64,000 nucleotides of DNA from IMG/VR virus record IMGVR_UViG_3300045988_148502. One strand, given 5' to 3'. This DNA is from a virus. Position 1 is the stretch's first letter. Every line of letters begins with the position of its first letter. Below, piece after piece: positions 26,231 to 35,473 of this stretch. The notes under the pieces were generated by a model that was given only the letters and a program-made list of their open reading frames with translations, had not been told where the DNA came from and did not search any database. The position numbers were made by a program, and so were the translations under genes.

Positions 26231-26279
26231 CTCGCTTACGCGAGAAAAAGAAAGAGGGAGCAGCCTACGGCTCTCCCTC
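26231..26279 (-). terminator. Two stem-loops downstream of the fibre gene and VR: a terminator and a possible DGR target-site hairpin
   Basis: GAGGGAGCAGCC / GGCTCTCCCTC (26254-26279, one bulge) is followed on the - strand by a T-run. CTCGC-GTAA-GCGAG (26231-26244, - strand) has a GNRA-type loop. Confidence 0.55.
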
Positions 26280-26310
26280 CAACGCTTTTTTCGAAATCGC
26301 GAGGTCCGCT

Positions 26311-29300
26311 CTATTCAATTATAACGAATTTTCCGCGGAAGGCCAGACGCGCCCCGCAGAGCGTGTCCGAGCTCGATGAAGCGAAGTACGCGCCCGCAAA
26401 AGCGAGACCGCTGTACGCATACGAGTTGTGGCCGGACCGCAAAACACAACGGCCTCGGCTTCCACTTATCCAAAATCCTGCTGCATAATGTGTTACATAC
26501 ATACTTGTATCTCCCTTGTGTACTCTGCTGGGCAATACATCGCACTTGGCACCATGTACTATGCGCACGACACAATTTCCATTGGAAGCGTCAACTGTTT
26601 TAACAGTCCGTTCGGTTTTGTTTACGGGGTCATAAATATGCACTGTATAATCTATTGGATATGAACTGTCGTTCTCCGTGCATTTTGCCTTGTAGAACGC
26701 TTCATAGCTCGGCACATTAAAAGCGATATAGTCCATCCATTCTGAATCACAACCCACATAATGCTTCAATCCAAGTATGGAGTTGAGCGTATTGCCGGTA
26801 TTATTGCTGTCAGCCATGCCGATGGAATCCAGTTTATTCAGAATGCTGTCATGTCCGCCATTGCCCACAACCGACTGTTCGTTGGTTGTTCCGCTCAAAG
26901 CCCACCATAGATTGCTAATCTCTTTATGCTGTTCGTAATCCTGCAACTGATAGCCAACTCCACGTAAGCGGCAGATGTTTTGGAAATCCTTTGCCGTGTA
27001 ATTCAAACCGCCGATAGGCATCTCAATAGGATTACCCTCACTGTCGTATTTCCATTCGTTAGATGTAACGGACGTCCCGTTGCCTTTCTTCGAACGTATA
27101 TCACCGGAAAGGCTGCGTGGCATCTTCAAACCGTCAACGGTAATAGGATATACACCGACCAGACTGTCGTTGTCGCCAACCGTGTGTTCGGTCCATTCAG
27201 GTTCTATGGCTTCAATACTGCTGCTGTCTACAACAAGGCACTCTATGTCGCCAATGTCACGGAAAGAAGTGAAATAAAACCATTTTGCACCGTTAGGTAT
27301 GTCACAGAACACATAATCACCGATGTTGAAGTCAAAATAGGTATGGCTTACAGACATGATGAACGTACTGAGCACACGGTTGTTTTCGTCAGTGAACACG
27401 CCTCCAAGCCGGGCATGGTTCAGACCGGGCCATCTTACCTGCTTCATTCCTCTCACATCCATCTTGTAGCTGTTCGTATTGGATGCGGTGGTTATGACAT
27501 CCTCGCCTATGACTTCACCGACAACGGCATCAATCGCATACACTCCGGTATTTTCCATATATAGCAATTCCGACAACAGGGATTTTCTGCTATGCAATGC
27601 AGTTGAGAGCGGTTCGGTCTCTGTTATAGAAGGGAAAAAATACTTTACTTGGTTCTTGTAGTCGTTCACTCCCTTGTACCAATGGTGCGGAGCATGCCAG
27701 AATATATCAAAGCCCTCTCCGGCGGTGTCCGTTATGTCAAAGCTGCTGCCGTTTTTCAGGTAGTTGAAATCCGTATCGCTTAACTGCACGCCTTCCATCT
27801 GGTTTTTCTTCGTGTTGAATGAGCATTTATAGGCATGGCATCCTTTCTTGATGGCAAGGGTATGCCCGCTTGGAATATATGTGTTGCCATAATCCGCCCC
27901 CGTCTTATTTTCGGGATTGCTATACTTCTCACACGAATCATTGTCTACCGTATCGCTGATTTTCACAATAGAGAACTGCGAATTATGAAGTTCAAGTTGG
28001 GGAAAATACCGGACAAGCTCTTCGATTTCGTTCTGCTCTATCAGTTCGACCAATATCCATCGTCCGGTTATTCCGCTACACTGTCCTTTTTCATCGTACG
28101 CATTACCATTCGCATCCAATCCTATAGCCCCACCGTTTTTTATGGAACGAAGCATTTCAACACTCGCCGTAGCATTTACGTTGGGAATACGGACGGTTTT
28201 CAATTCACTTGCATTGACCACCTGTTCCAACAGAGTCATCGTATCAATATACGGACATTCATTCACGAATATTTTTGTAACCTTACTGACACCACCAAGA
28301 GAAAGCCCGCCGGGATAAGTCAGATTAGGCAGATTGTTCAATACAAGTTCAGTGATAGTACCGGGAAGGGCAAGCGTACTTATCGGAGAAGTTTCAGCAA
28401 ACGTTATTGCAGACAAAGAAGTATTATCGGCATGCACACTCTCCATTCGTGGACACTTTGAGCAATTGACGGTTATAATTTCCGTGTTTCGAATATCCAA
28501 TGTAGTGAGAAACGGCATGTCTCCTAAATCCAAATTGGTAAGAAATCCGGTGTTTCCAGGCGACATTTTCCATTCCTTATGATTTTCACTACCGAGATAC
28601 AGTTCCTGTAGCAACGACATTTTTGAAAGGGTATTCCCGAATTGAGGGTCAATACTTACTTCACTTAAATCTATCATGCTCATGCGGTCTGCCTGATATA
28701 TGTACAGCATGATGTTTTCCCCATGCTGGAAATCTGTGAATGTACCGCTTTCCCCTGCCTTCAGAAAGATTCCCTGTGTAATGTTTCCACTATCGTTACC
28801 GATACCGAAATACCCACTCTTGGCCGCTTTAAATCTGATGACTGCACCTTCTTTTGCACCGATACGTCCACCAATATAACCGCTTTCCGCCTTGAAATCC
28901 CCACAGCGGTAGTATCCGTCACGGATGCGCCAGCGTTGTTCTATAAAAGCGGGAAGAGATGTCAGCCCCAGTCCTTGCAATGCATAGAAATAGAGGTCGT
29001 TGTATCCTGTATATTTGATATACTTCCGTTCTCCGTCATAACTTGAAACAACCTTAGGCCATTTTTTCATTATCTGTTTTACAAAATAATAGTCAGCTCC
29101 CTTGGGAGAAAACGGTCCGGCACCGATTCCAAGTGTATCGGGAAGCGAACGCATCGTATCTGCTATTGCAGGCAATGTAATTGTATTGGCATTTTGGTCT
29201 ACATCCATAGTCTGCTGACCACGTATATCATTCCAAAGCACGCTTCCTCTTCCGGCGTATGCACTGTTTGTCAGATCACCGGGGTCAACTTCCGGGTCAA

Positions 29301-32300
29301 TGGTTTGCCCGCCGTCATTATCCTTACCGTTGCAGGTATCACAGTCATAAACTTTATTAAGGTACATTCTTCGCGCTTCCATACCGTTTGCTCCGCTATA
29401 AACACCGTCCTTGACGCTACAGCCGTCTTCAAGGAAGAACATCGGTTGCATGTTTTTCGCCTGTTGGTCGACAGCGGCAAGATAATCGGTGAAAAGATAA
29501 TAGGAAACCAACGAGTATGGATTGATGTATTTCCACATCTGTGTCTTCCAAATTTCCTGCCATTTCCCTGCGAGCTCTTCCTTGGCATAATCGCAACTGT
29601 CGCAGAATTTCAGTACTTGGTACAGGTCGAACGGTACTTTCCGTCCCATGGCCAGGTCTATCTGTAACTGGTCATCGTCAATCATGCACTCGAAGTAACG
29701 TGTCCACATCGGGTAGGTTTCCTGTCCGAGTTTGAGTTTCGTTACCCACGAGGACTCTGCGGTAGTAGGTTCCATCATGTCTTCAACGCTGCCAACCCCT
29801 TGCCACCAGTTCATTCCATCATATGTGAGCAATTCGTAACCGCTTACCGGATTAAGGACCTTGCCTGTAATCTTCCACTTGCCGTTTTCCTGCTTCATCT
29901 CTCCGGCTTGTCGCGTCCACTCTCCCCGTTCGTATGACATAAACCGGTAGTCCTGCCCGCAATATAGGGAAAGAAGATAAAGCTTTTCTTTATCGGTGGT
30001 AATATCATTCTTGAAACGTGTTTCTATCTGGTCGATGCTTTCGCCCTTTTGTCCGAAATATTCCACAAAATCTCCATAGTTCACGCAGCCTTTATTGTAA
30101 CCGGGAGTATCTTTAAACCCAAGCGCAACCTGTTCTCCCTTATCCTCCTTCCAGTTCCCTTTTGCATGAAACCATGCGTCTGTCAAGCTTTCCTGTGTAG
30201 CACGGAATGCGGCAATGGGATGATTGGCTGTCGAGTGATTCATTTCCAATCCCTTTAATGATATGTCACTCTTTGCCCAAGTTCCATCAAATGAACGCTG
30301 TGCGGGAGTCAGGTAATTACTTCCGAGTGCACGAAATGTGGCGTTCATCAAACCGCACACACCGCAGTCGTTGGCATTGGAGCTGTCGGAATAATCCACT
30401 TTCACCGTTATTATTTTTACCGGAATAGAATCTTCGCCTACACGGACATAACCTATTCTCATCAGTTTATATGATATTTGAGCATCTTCACTGTCATAAT
30501 CCGGATAAATAGGAGTTACCTCCCAGCCATCATTCTTTTGAAGATAGAAACGGTCGTTCTTGATAGGCCGTTTTGCCGAAGTGGTTCCCTGCCTGCGCCA
30601 TTGCACATTGATAGCCTTAAAACTTCTCCACGGCATAGTCGGATGATAATAGAACAACGTACATTTGAACTTCTTGCTTGTATCAATATCACCGTCAAAC
30701 GTGTCAAAAGTTTGCTGGTCTGACACGACCACATAATAAGGTATGCCTTTTGCGGAAAGGGCTTCTATTGTCGGACGATTCTGTGTATCAAGCACATTCT
30801 CCGCTTCATACTCCTGTATCATTGCTGAAGTATCAGTCAACTTGCACAAATAGTTTCTAAAAGCTTGCGCCCATTCATAATGACTGTTGTAGGCAAGTAC
30901 ATAATACAAATACAAGTCTCCTTCCGTTCCGTCAAATGTTATGGTTTTTGAATTAAGGATAGCACCGCTATTACTGATATATCCTATACAGCCGACCTCT
31001 TCACCATTCAAATACAGTTTGATACAGGAATAATTGCTTCCCCCACGTGATACATAAATGGTAGATGGTTCTACAACTACGGCCATGGTAATTTTTTCAC
31101 CTTGTCGGAATGAGCGTTCCACCAAAGCCGGTTGTCCGGTCTTGCAGTATATCGCAGCTTTATTTCCACAGACATAGAAACCGGCTCCGCTATCAGGGTC
31201 ATAGCATTCTATCAGCTTTGAATCAGCTTCCTTGATATTTTTGGTGGCAAAGGCAAATTGGATGGCACATCCGCTCGTAGTTTCCACTGATGCGTTTCCA
31301 AAAGGATGGTAATCCAATATTTCAGCTGTTACATTTTCTGCAATACGCAAAGAACGCTCCTTAAGAAAGTCTACAAATCCGTTGCTTGACCAGTTTGCAC
31401 CTCGTACATCCATTGTCACTCCGTTATGTGTGATAGTATGATCGCTCTCACTGTTGCTACGTGTAGAAAAATCATATCCGAACAAAGCACCGTCCTTGAT
31501 CGCTATATCAATGGCACTCCCTTTTATCGTAACCTTGATTTCATTGGTGGATACACCGCCACTTTCGGCATGTACGGTAATACTTTGGCTTCCGTCCGTA
31601 CTATATCCGCTTATCTGCTTGTTCACTGTAACCGTTTCGGCAATCATAGCTTCCACAGCTGTAACTTTCTCCTCGCTGTAGAAAACATCTACATGCGTTT
31701 CAGTCTTGCCGGGAGTATACGCAGCCACCTCTACGGTAAGGTTGTCATATAAACGTAACGTGCCGTTGTTCTTGTCATTGAACCTGATGGCGACGATGGG
31801 AGTATTACTGTTTTCGTCCACACACATGATAGCGGAATAGATGGTGTTTCCCTTTACTCCGGATTTCTTCTCCGTACCGTATATTCGTACAGGATATGCG
31901 CCATGCGAAAGTCTTTCTCCGCCACCGAATACATTTGTTGGATTGACAGAGATGCCTTTGGTATAACTGTCGCTTACCGTTGCTTCACCAAGTTTCTTCC
32001 ATTCTCCATTATAGAACATCTCCACTACTGCAAGAATGGATGAAGTGTTATTAGGGAATTTATAGAATTGTCCGATATTTTTTGCCGGACCACCTGCAAC
32101 AAGGATAGTATCACTTGTGTAATTCAAAGCCATGGGTTGTTCTACGGTAATATCCACAGCCATAATGGTAATGGCTTTTTTCTTGGTATTTCCATCCGAA
32201 TCTGTAGCTTGCACAAAGAAGCTTTTGCTGGCGGCACTGCTGAAATAACTTGTGAAGTCAAGTTCAAACTTGTAATCGGTCGCACTTGCAGAGCCTACAG

Positions 32301-34248
32301 TGTTCATATCCTCACTGGATAATGTCAGTCCGGTGCTTGCATCAATAATAGTGATGTTACGAATGACACCAAGCACCTCGTTACCATCAGGATAGCTGAC
32401 ACTACGCAAAGCTACATTGATTTTTATCTCTGAGCCGAATGCCATAATAGGAGCGGCTTCCTCGAAGTAGATAGACAATGTACTATCCTCACTGGAGCCG
32501 CCACCACCTCCATTTTTGGGTATTTTAAGCACAATATCCTCTATCTGTCCGCCATTCAGATTGGTGGCTTTGTAGTAAATGTAGTCTTCATCACTTTCTT
32601 CATCAAATCCGCCGATAGCTTTCTCCTGCATTATGTATGCCCCGCCTGTGGAAAGGGCATCTTTTCCTCCCTCTGCCGGTTTGTCGGATGTTTCCACCTT
32701 GCTTCCGCCACTGCCGAATGCTACCCACGGTTTCAGATCATCAGGGCTGATGTCACTCTTATCGCGTGTGAACTGATAGGCAAGCCATACAGGTGCGCCA
32801 TTTTTATCACTTTCCGCAGTCTTGAATGTAAGGACGATACCGCTTTTCAAATAAGAGAACCCGCTTTCTTTCTCAAGGTCAACAACAGCTTTTATGGCTG
32901 TTCCCAAAGTATATTCTCCATCTCCGCAAAGGTCGTTCACGTTGATGGTGTTGCCTACGTTTCCACCACCGGAAGTCCCGAAATCCGTCCAGTTGCTTTC
33001 TTTACTCCAATCAGAGGTATTTGTCCATTGTTTTGAAACCCATCCGGCTTCTGTAAGGAATATCAAGACAACACCCGGAATCTGCAAAGCAGAAGCATAT
33101 TCAGAAGTCGCACACCTGTCAAGTGCTACGGAAAATGTTATCTCCCTATCTGAAAGGTCAAACAGATGGTTGACATTCACAACGCTACGCGATACGACTT
33201 GTTTATTGAGTGAAAGTATTGCCTTCTTGTTTTCTTCGACCTGCTTCATATCTTCCTGTAACTTCGCACCTTCATCACCGGGGAATGCAGTAGAGCTTGT
33301 ATGTCCGAGAGCAAGGTCGGAGCCAATTGAAGTCAGTTGTTTACCGCTCCAACGATAACTTTTTCCATCTTCTTCACATAGAAAGACTTTGCCGGAAGAG
33401 GGTATTCGCCCGTTTGTACTTGCCGTACCGAAAACATCTGCATCCAACCAGTTGTTATAATAAGTAGCAGTCTCGGATTCTCCGATTGTCGGAACGTATG
33501 CAAGCACAAAGCAACCATGTTCCTTATCATATACAACTTTACAACCCTCATCGTTGGAATTTTTGTCTATGGATTCATTTTTTACAGTAATGCCTACGGA
33601 AATGCCATAAAAATCTACCACGTCATCAATGTATCCGGGCAAATGTCGGCTCGGTACTTTCCCTTGTTCGTCAAGAGGGGCGATTCCTCCGTTTTCACCT
33701 TTTGATTCTTTGAAAGAGTTCAGTTGGCTTCCAACTTCATTCGCCTTGTTGTTTGCCTTGTTTGCGGTATCCTTGGTCGTGTTTACTTGGTCTTGCAACG
33801 AGTTGACACTATCACCAAGCGTGGTGAGGTTGGTGTCTTGCGCTTTGTTGCGGGCTTCTATATCCGTAATGTCGTCCTGCAGTTTGGTAATATCCTCTTG
33901 CAGTTTTTCTACGGCTTCGTTATACTGACCGCTGTCTATGGTCGGGTTGCCTCCACTCTGTCCGGTCGGGACCCATTCTCCGCCATCGCCCACATATATG
34001 GGAGCTGGTAAGGAAACACCCACAAGTGCCCACCATCCGTCATGTGGTAAAGGATAAGCCGCTTTCAGTTTTTCGATGGTCGTGAACAGTCCTTTGCTCA
34101 CTCCCTTGATATTTTTTGCCTCAAGCCAGCCGTCCACCATTACGTTTCCTTTCAAGTGGGTCTTTCCCTGAACGGTCGCGTCACCACCTATCGCTGTATT
34201 GCGACCAACGGAGACATCACCGTCTATATGTTTTGATTCGTAACTCAT
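26311..34248 (-). CDS. Giant tail fibre / receptor-binding protein (2645 aa); DGR target
   Basis: N-terminal beta-helix-like repeats and a coiled-coil (about 33650-33950). Leucine-rich-repeat-like region (about 28150-28560). C-terminal VR in a C-type-lectin-like context (...CGARLAFRG). Confidence 0.85.
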   Translation of the reverse strand: MSYESKHIDGDVSVGRNTAIGGDATVQGKTHLKGNVMVDGWLEAKNIKGVSKGLFTTIEKLKAAYPLPHDGWWALVGVSLPAPIYVGDGGEWVPTGQSGGNPTIDSGQYNEAVEKLQEDITKLQDDITDIEARNKAQDTNLTTLGDSVNSLQDQVNTTKDTANKANNKANEVGSQLNSFKESKGENGGIAPLDEQGKVPSRHLPGYIDDVVDFYGISVGITVKNESIDKNSNDEGCKVVYDKEHGCFVLAYVPTIGESETATYYNNWLDADVFGTASTNGRIPSSGKVFLCEEDGKSYRWSGKQLTSIGSDLALGHTSSTAFPGDEGAKLQEDMKQVEENKKAILSLNKQVVSRSVVNVNHLFDLSDREITFSVALDRCATSEYASALQIPGVVLIFLTEAGWVSKQWTNTSDWSKESNWTDFGTSGGGNVGNTINVNDLCGDGEYTLGTAIKAVVDLEKESGFSYLKSGIVLTFKTAESDKNGAPVWLAYQFTRDKSDISPDDLKPWVAFGSGGSKVETSDKPAEGGKDALSTGGAYIMQEKAIGGFDEESDEDYIYYKATNLNGGQIEDIVLKIPKNGGGGGSSEDSTLSIYFEEAAPIMAFGSEIKINVALRSVSYPDGNEVLGVIRNITIIDASTGLTLSSEDMNTVGSASATDYKFELDFTSYFSSAASKSFFVQATDSDGNTKKKAITIMAVDITVEQPMALNYTSDTILVAGGPAKNIGQFYKFPNNTSSILAVVEMFYNGEWKKLGEATVSDSYTKGISVNPTNVFGGGERLSHGAYPVRIYGTEKKSGVKGNTIYSAIMCVDENSNTPIVAIRFNDKNNGTLRLYDNLTVEVAAYTPGKTETHVDVFYSEEKVTAVEAMIAETVTVNKQISGYSTDGSQSITVHAESGGVSTNEIKVTIKGSAIDIAIKDGALFGYDFSTRSNSESDHTITHNGVTMDVRGANWSSNGFVDFLKERSLRIAENVTAEILDYHPFGNASVETTSGCAIQFAFATKNIKEADSKLIECYDPDSGAGFYVCGNKAAIYCKTGQPALVERSFRQGEKITMAVVVEPSTIYVSRGGSNYSCIKLYLNGEEVGCIGYISNSGAILNSKTITFDGTEGDLYLYYVLAYNSHYEWAQAFRNYLCKLTDTSAMIQEYEAENVLDTQNRPTIEALSAKGIPYYVVVSDQQTFDTFDGDIDTSKKFKCTLFYYHPTMPWRSFKAINVQWRRQGTTSAKRPIKNDRFYLQKNDGWEVTPIYPDYDSEDAQISYKLMRIGYVRVGEDSIPVKIITVKVDYSDSSNANDCGVCGLMNATFRALGSNYLTPAQRSFDGTWAKSDISLKGLEMNHSTANHPIAAFRATQESLTDAWFHAKGNWKEDKGEQVALGFKDTPGYNKGCVNYGDFVEYFGQKGESIDQIETRFKNDITTDKEKLYLLSLYCGQDYRFMSYERGEWTRQAGEMKQENGKWKITGKVLNPVSGYELLTYDGMNWWQGVGSVEDMMEPTTAESSWVTKLKLGQETYPMWTRYFECMIDDDQLQIDLAMGRKVPFDLYQVLKFCDSCDYAKEELAGKWQEIWKTQMWKYINPYSLVSYYLFTDYLAAVDQQAKNMQPMFFLEDGCSVKDGVYSGANGMEARRMYLNKVYDCDTCNGKDNDGGQTIDPEVDPGDLTNSAYAGRGSVLWNDIRGQQTMDVDQNANTITLPAIADTMRSLPDTLGIGAGPFSPKGADYYFVKQIMKKWPKVVSSYDGERKYIKYTGYNDLYFYALQGLGLTSLPAFIEQRWRIRDGYYRCGDFKAESGYIGGRIGAKEGAVIRFKAAKSGYFGIGNDSGNITQGIFLKAGESGTFTDFQHGENIMLYIYQADRMSMIDLSEVSIDPQFGNTLSKMSLLQELYLGSENHKEWKMSPGNTGFLTNLDLGDMPFLTTLDIRNTEIITVNCSKCPRMESVHADNTSLSAITFAETSPISTLALPGTITELVLNNLPNLTYPGGLSLGGVSKVTKIFVNECPYIDTMTLLEQVVNASELKTVRIPNVNATASVEMLRSIKNGGAIGLDANGNAYDEKGQCSGITGRWILVELIEQNEIEELVRYFPQLELHNSQFSIVKISDTVDNDSCEKYSNPENKTGADYGNTYIPSGHTLAIKKGCHAYKCSFNTKKNQMEGVQLSDTDFNYLKNGSSFDITDTAGEGFDIFWHAPHHWYKGVNDYKNQVKYFFPSITETEPLSTALHSRKSLLSELLYMENTGVYAIDAVVGEVIGEDVITTASNTNSYKMDVRGMKQVRWPGLNHARLGGVFTDENNRVLSTFIMSVSHTYFDFNIGDYVFCDIPNGAKWFYFTSFRDIGDIECLVVDSSSIEAIEPEWTEHTVGDNDSLVGVYPITVDGLKMPRSLSGDIRSKKGNGTSVTSNEWKYDSEGNPIEMPIGGLNYTAKDFQNICRLRGVGYQLQDYEQHKEISNLWWALSGTTNEQSVVGNGGHDSILNKLDSIGMADSNNTGNTLNSILGLKHYVGCDSEWMDYIAFNVPSYEAFYKAKCTENDSSYPIDYTVHIYDPVNKTERTVKTVDASNGNCVVRIVHGAKCDVLPSRVHKGDTSMYVTHYAAGFWISGSRGRCVLRSGHNSYAYSGLAFAGAYFASSSSDTLCGARLAFRGKFVIIE
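26338..26453 (-). repeat. DGR variable repeat (VR), 116 nt, encoding the last ~45 residues of the fibre
   Basis: See the TR entry. VR encodes ...GRCVLRSGHNSYAYSGLAFAGAYFASSSSDTLCGARLAF; TR encodes GRCVLRSGNNSNANSGLAYANANNASSNSNTNYGARLKF. Confidence 0.9.
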
Positions 34249-34883
34249 ATTAATACAGATTTAGCCAATTCGTTCAATGCGGCACTTTTTTCCGTATCGC
34301 CGAATGTCGTTAATACTAATGCAGCTATGGTATATATCACAGCATCATAACATTTCTCACAGATTTCTACCGCGCCATATTTGTCTATTTTCGGGTAAGG
34401 CAGATATACAGCACGGCTCACTTTCGCTTCTGTCGTTTTGCAAGAATAAAATTCCATCACTCTTCCTTCTGGCCGTATGGATATGGCGCATACAGGCCGT
34501 TGACATGTTCCCCTTATGCCTTTAAATCGGGAAGACTGTTTTTCATATTCAGGGTCATCGGTGTTTATGGGATTAAATACCGCACGCTCCCAATCGTTCA
34601 TTTGGAAAACGACAAAACGCATGAAATCTTCCGGCAGTAATATCCATCCGCTTTCATGCTCTTTCCAATATATGGCATCACCGAAGTTGTGTCCGCCGTC
34701 AAGCAAATAGGACGGTGCAGAGCTGTGCACACGCTTTACTGCTTCCAAAATCTTTGATGCAATGATGTCGTCAAGTGCAAGAGTGTCCACATCGCCTATA
34801 ATCTTCAACGTATCGCTGTTCATGTTTTGGTCCAGGGCGGTGCGTACATCCTCCTGTATTTTGTTCTTCTGATATACAGCCAT
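34245..34883 (-). CDS. Hypothetical virion protein (212 aa)
   Basis: ATGA overlap with the fibre gene. Lies in the structural block. Confidence 0.6.
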   Translation of the reverse strand: MAVYQKNKIQEDVRTALDQNMNSDTLKIIGDVDTLALDDIIASKILEAVKRVHSSAPSYLLDGGHNFGDAIYWKEHESGWILLPEDFMRFVVFQMNDWERAVFNPINTDDPEYEKQSSRFKGIRGTCQRPVCAISIRPEGRVMEFYSCKTTEAKVSRAVYLPYPKIDKYGAVEICEKCYDAVIYTIAALVLTTFGDTEKSAALNELAKSVLI

Positions 34884-34895
34884 AAGCCCTTATCT

Positions 34896-35429
34896 TTATT
34901 CCAGACCTTCAAACTCAATTCCGTTTGCTGCTGCCTGCTCCATGATTGCCTTGGTCGAGCGCATGGAAGTGCGGCTGATACCGAAAGTGTCTGCAAGGTA
35001 ATCTTTTGCACTTGCAATGTCGCTTACTTTGACTTTGCGAGATGTCGTATTGTTATCCCCTGCGTCTTCTTGCGGCATTTCGTCCTGTCTGCCGGTTTCG
35101 TTGGCAGGCGTGTCTTCACCATTGTGCGTACTTTCGGCATGAAGTTTTTCAGATGAACCGTTTTTAGACGCTTTTCCGGCTGTTTCTACTGTCTCGGATT
35201 GCCCGTGCACAGAATGAAGTTTGAACAGTTTGCCAAACTTGTAATGGTTCTCTACAGACTTCTGTATGTCCTCGTTGTCGGTAGTGAATACACTGCTTCC
35301 GTTTGACAATGGAACGAATGCGATATGCAGGTTCTTCTTGCTCGGAAGTACCACATTAATACTGATATTGGTATTCGCCTTGTAGGTTTTCGTAATCATA
35401 TTCTTAAAAGTAAAAAGGGGACGGGACAC
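34896..35429 (-). CDS. Hypothetical virion protein (177 aa)
   Basis: ORF between the capsid and fibre genes. The central region is low-complexity and acidic. Confidence 0.55.
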   Translation of the reverse strand: MSRPLFTFKNMITKTYKANTNISINVVLPSKKNLHIAFVPLSNGSSVFTTDNEDIQKSVENHYKFGKLFKLHSVHGQSETVETAGKASKNGSSEKLHAESTHNGEDTPANETGRQDEMPQEDAGDNNTTSRKVKVSDIASAKDYLADTFGISRTSMRSTKAIMEQAAANGIEFEGLE

Positions 35430-35473
35430 CTTATCCCATCCCCGGTAATTAATAATTCTTTATGAACTCTTTA

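Larger units (their letters stand above)
23732..26453 (-). mobile_element. Diversity-generating retroelement cassette, in the order VR - higB - higA - TR - RT
   Basis: TR/VR pair with adenine-specific mismatches plus an adjacent reverse transcriptase. Confidence 0.9.
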
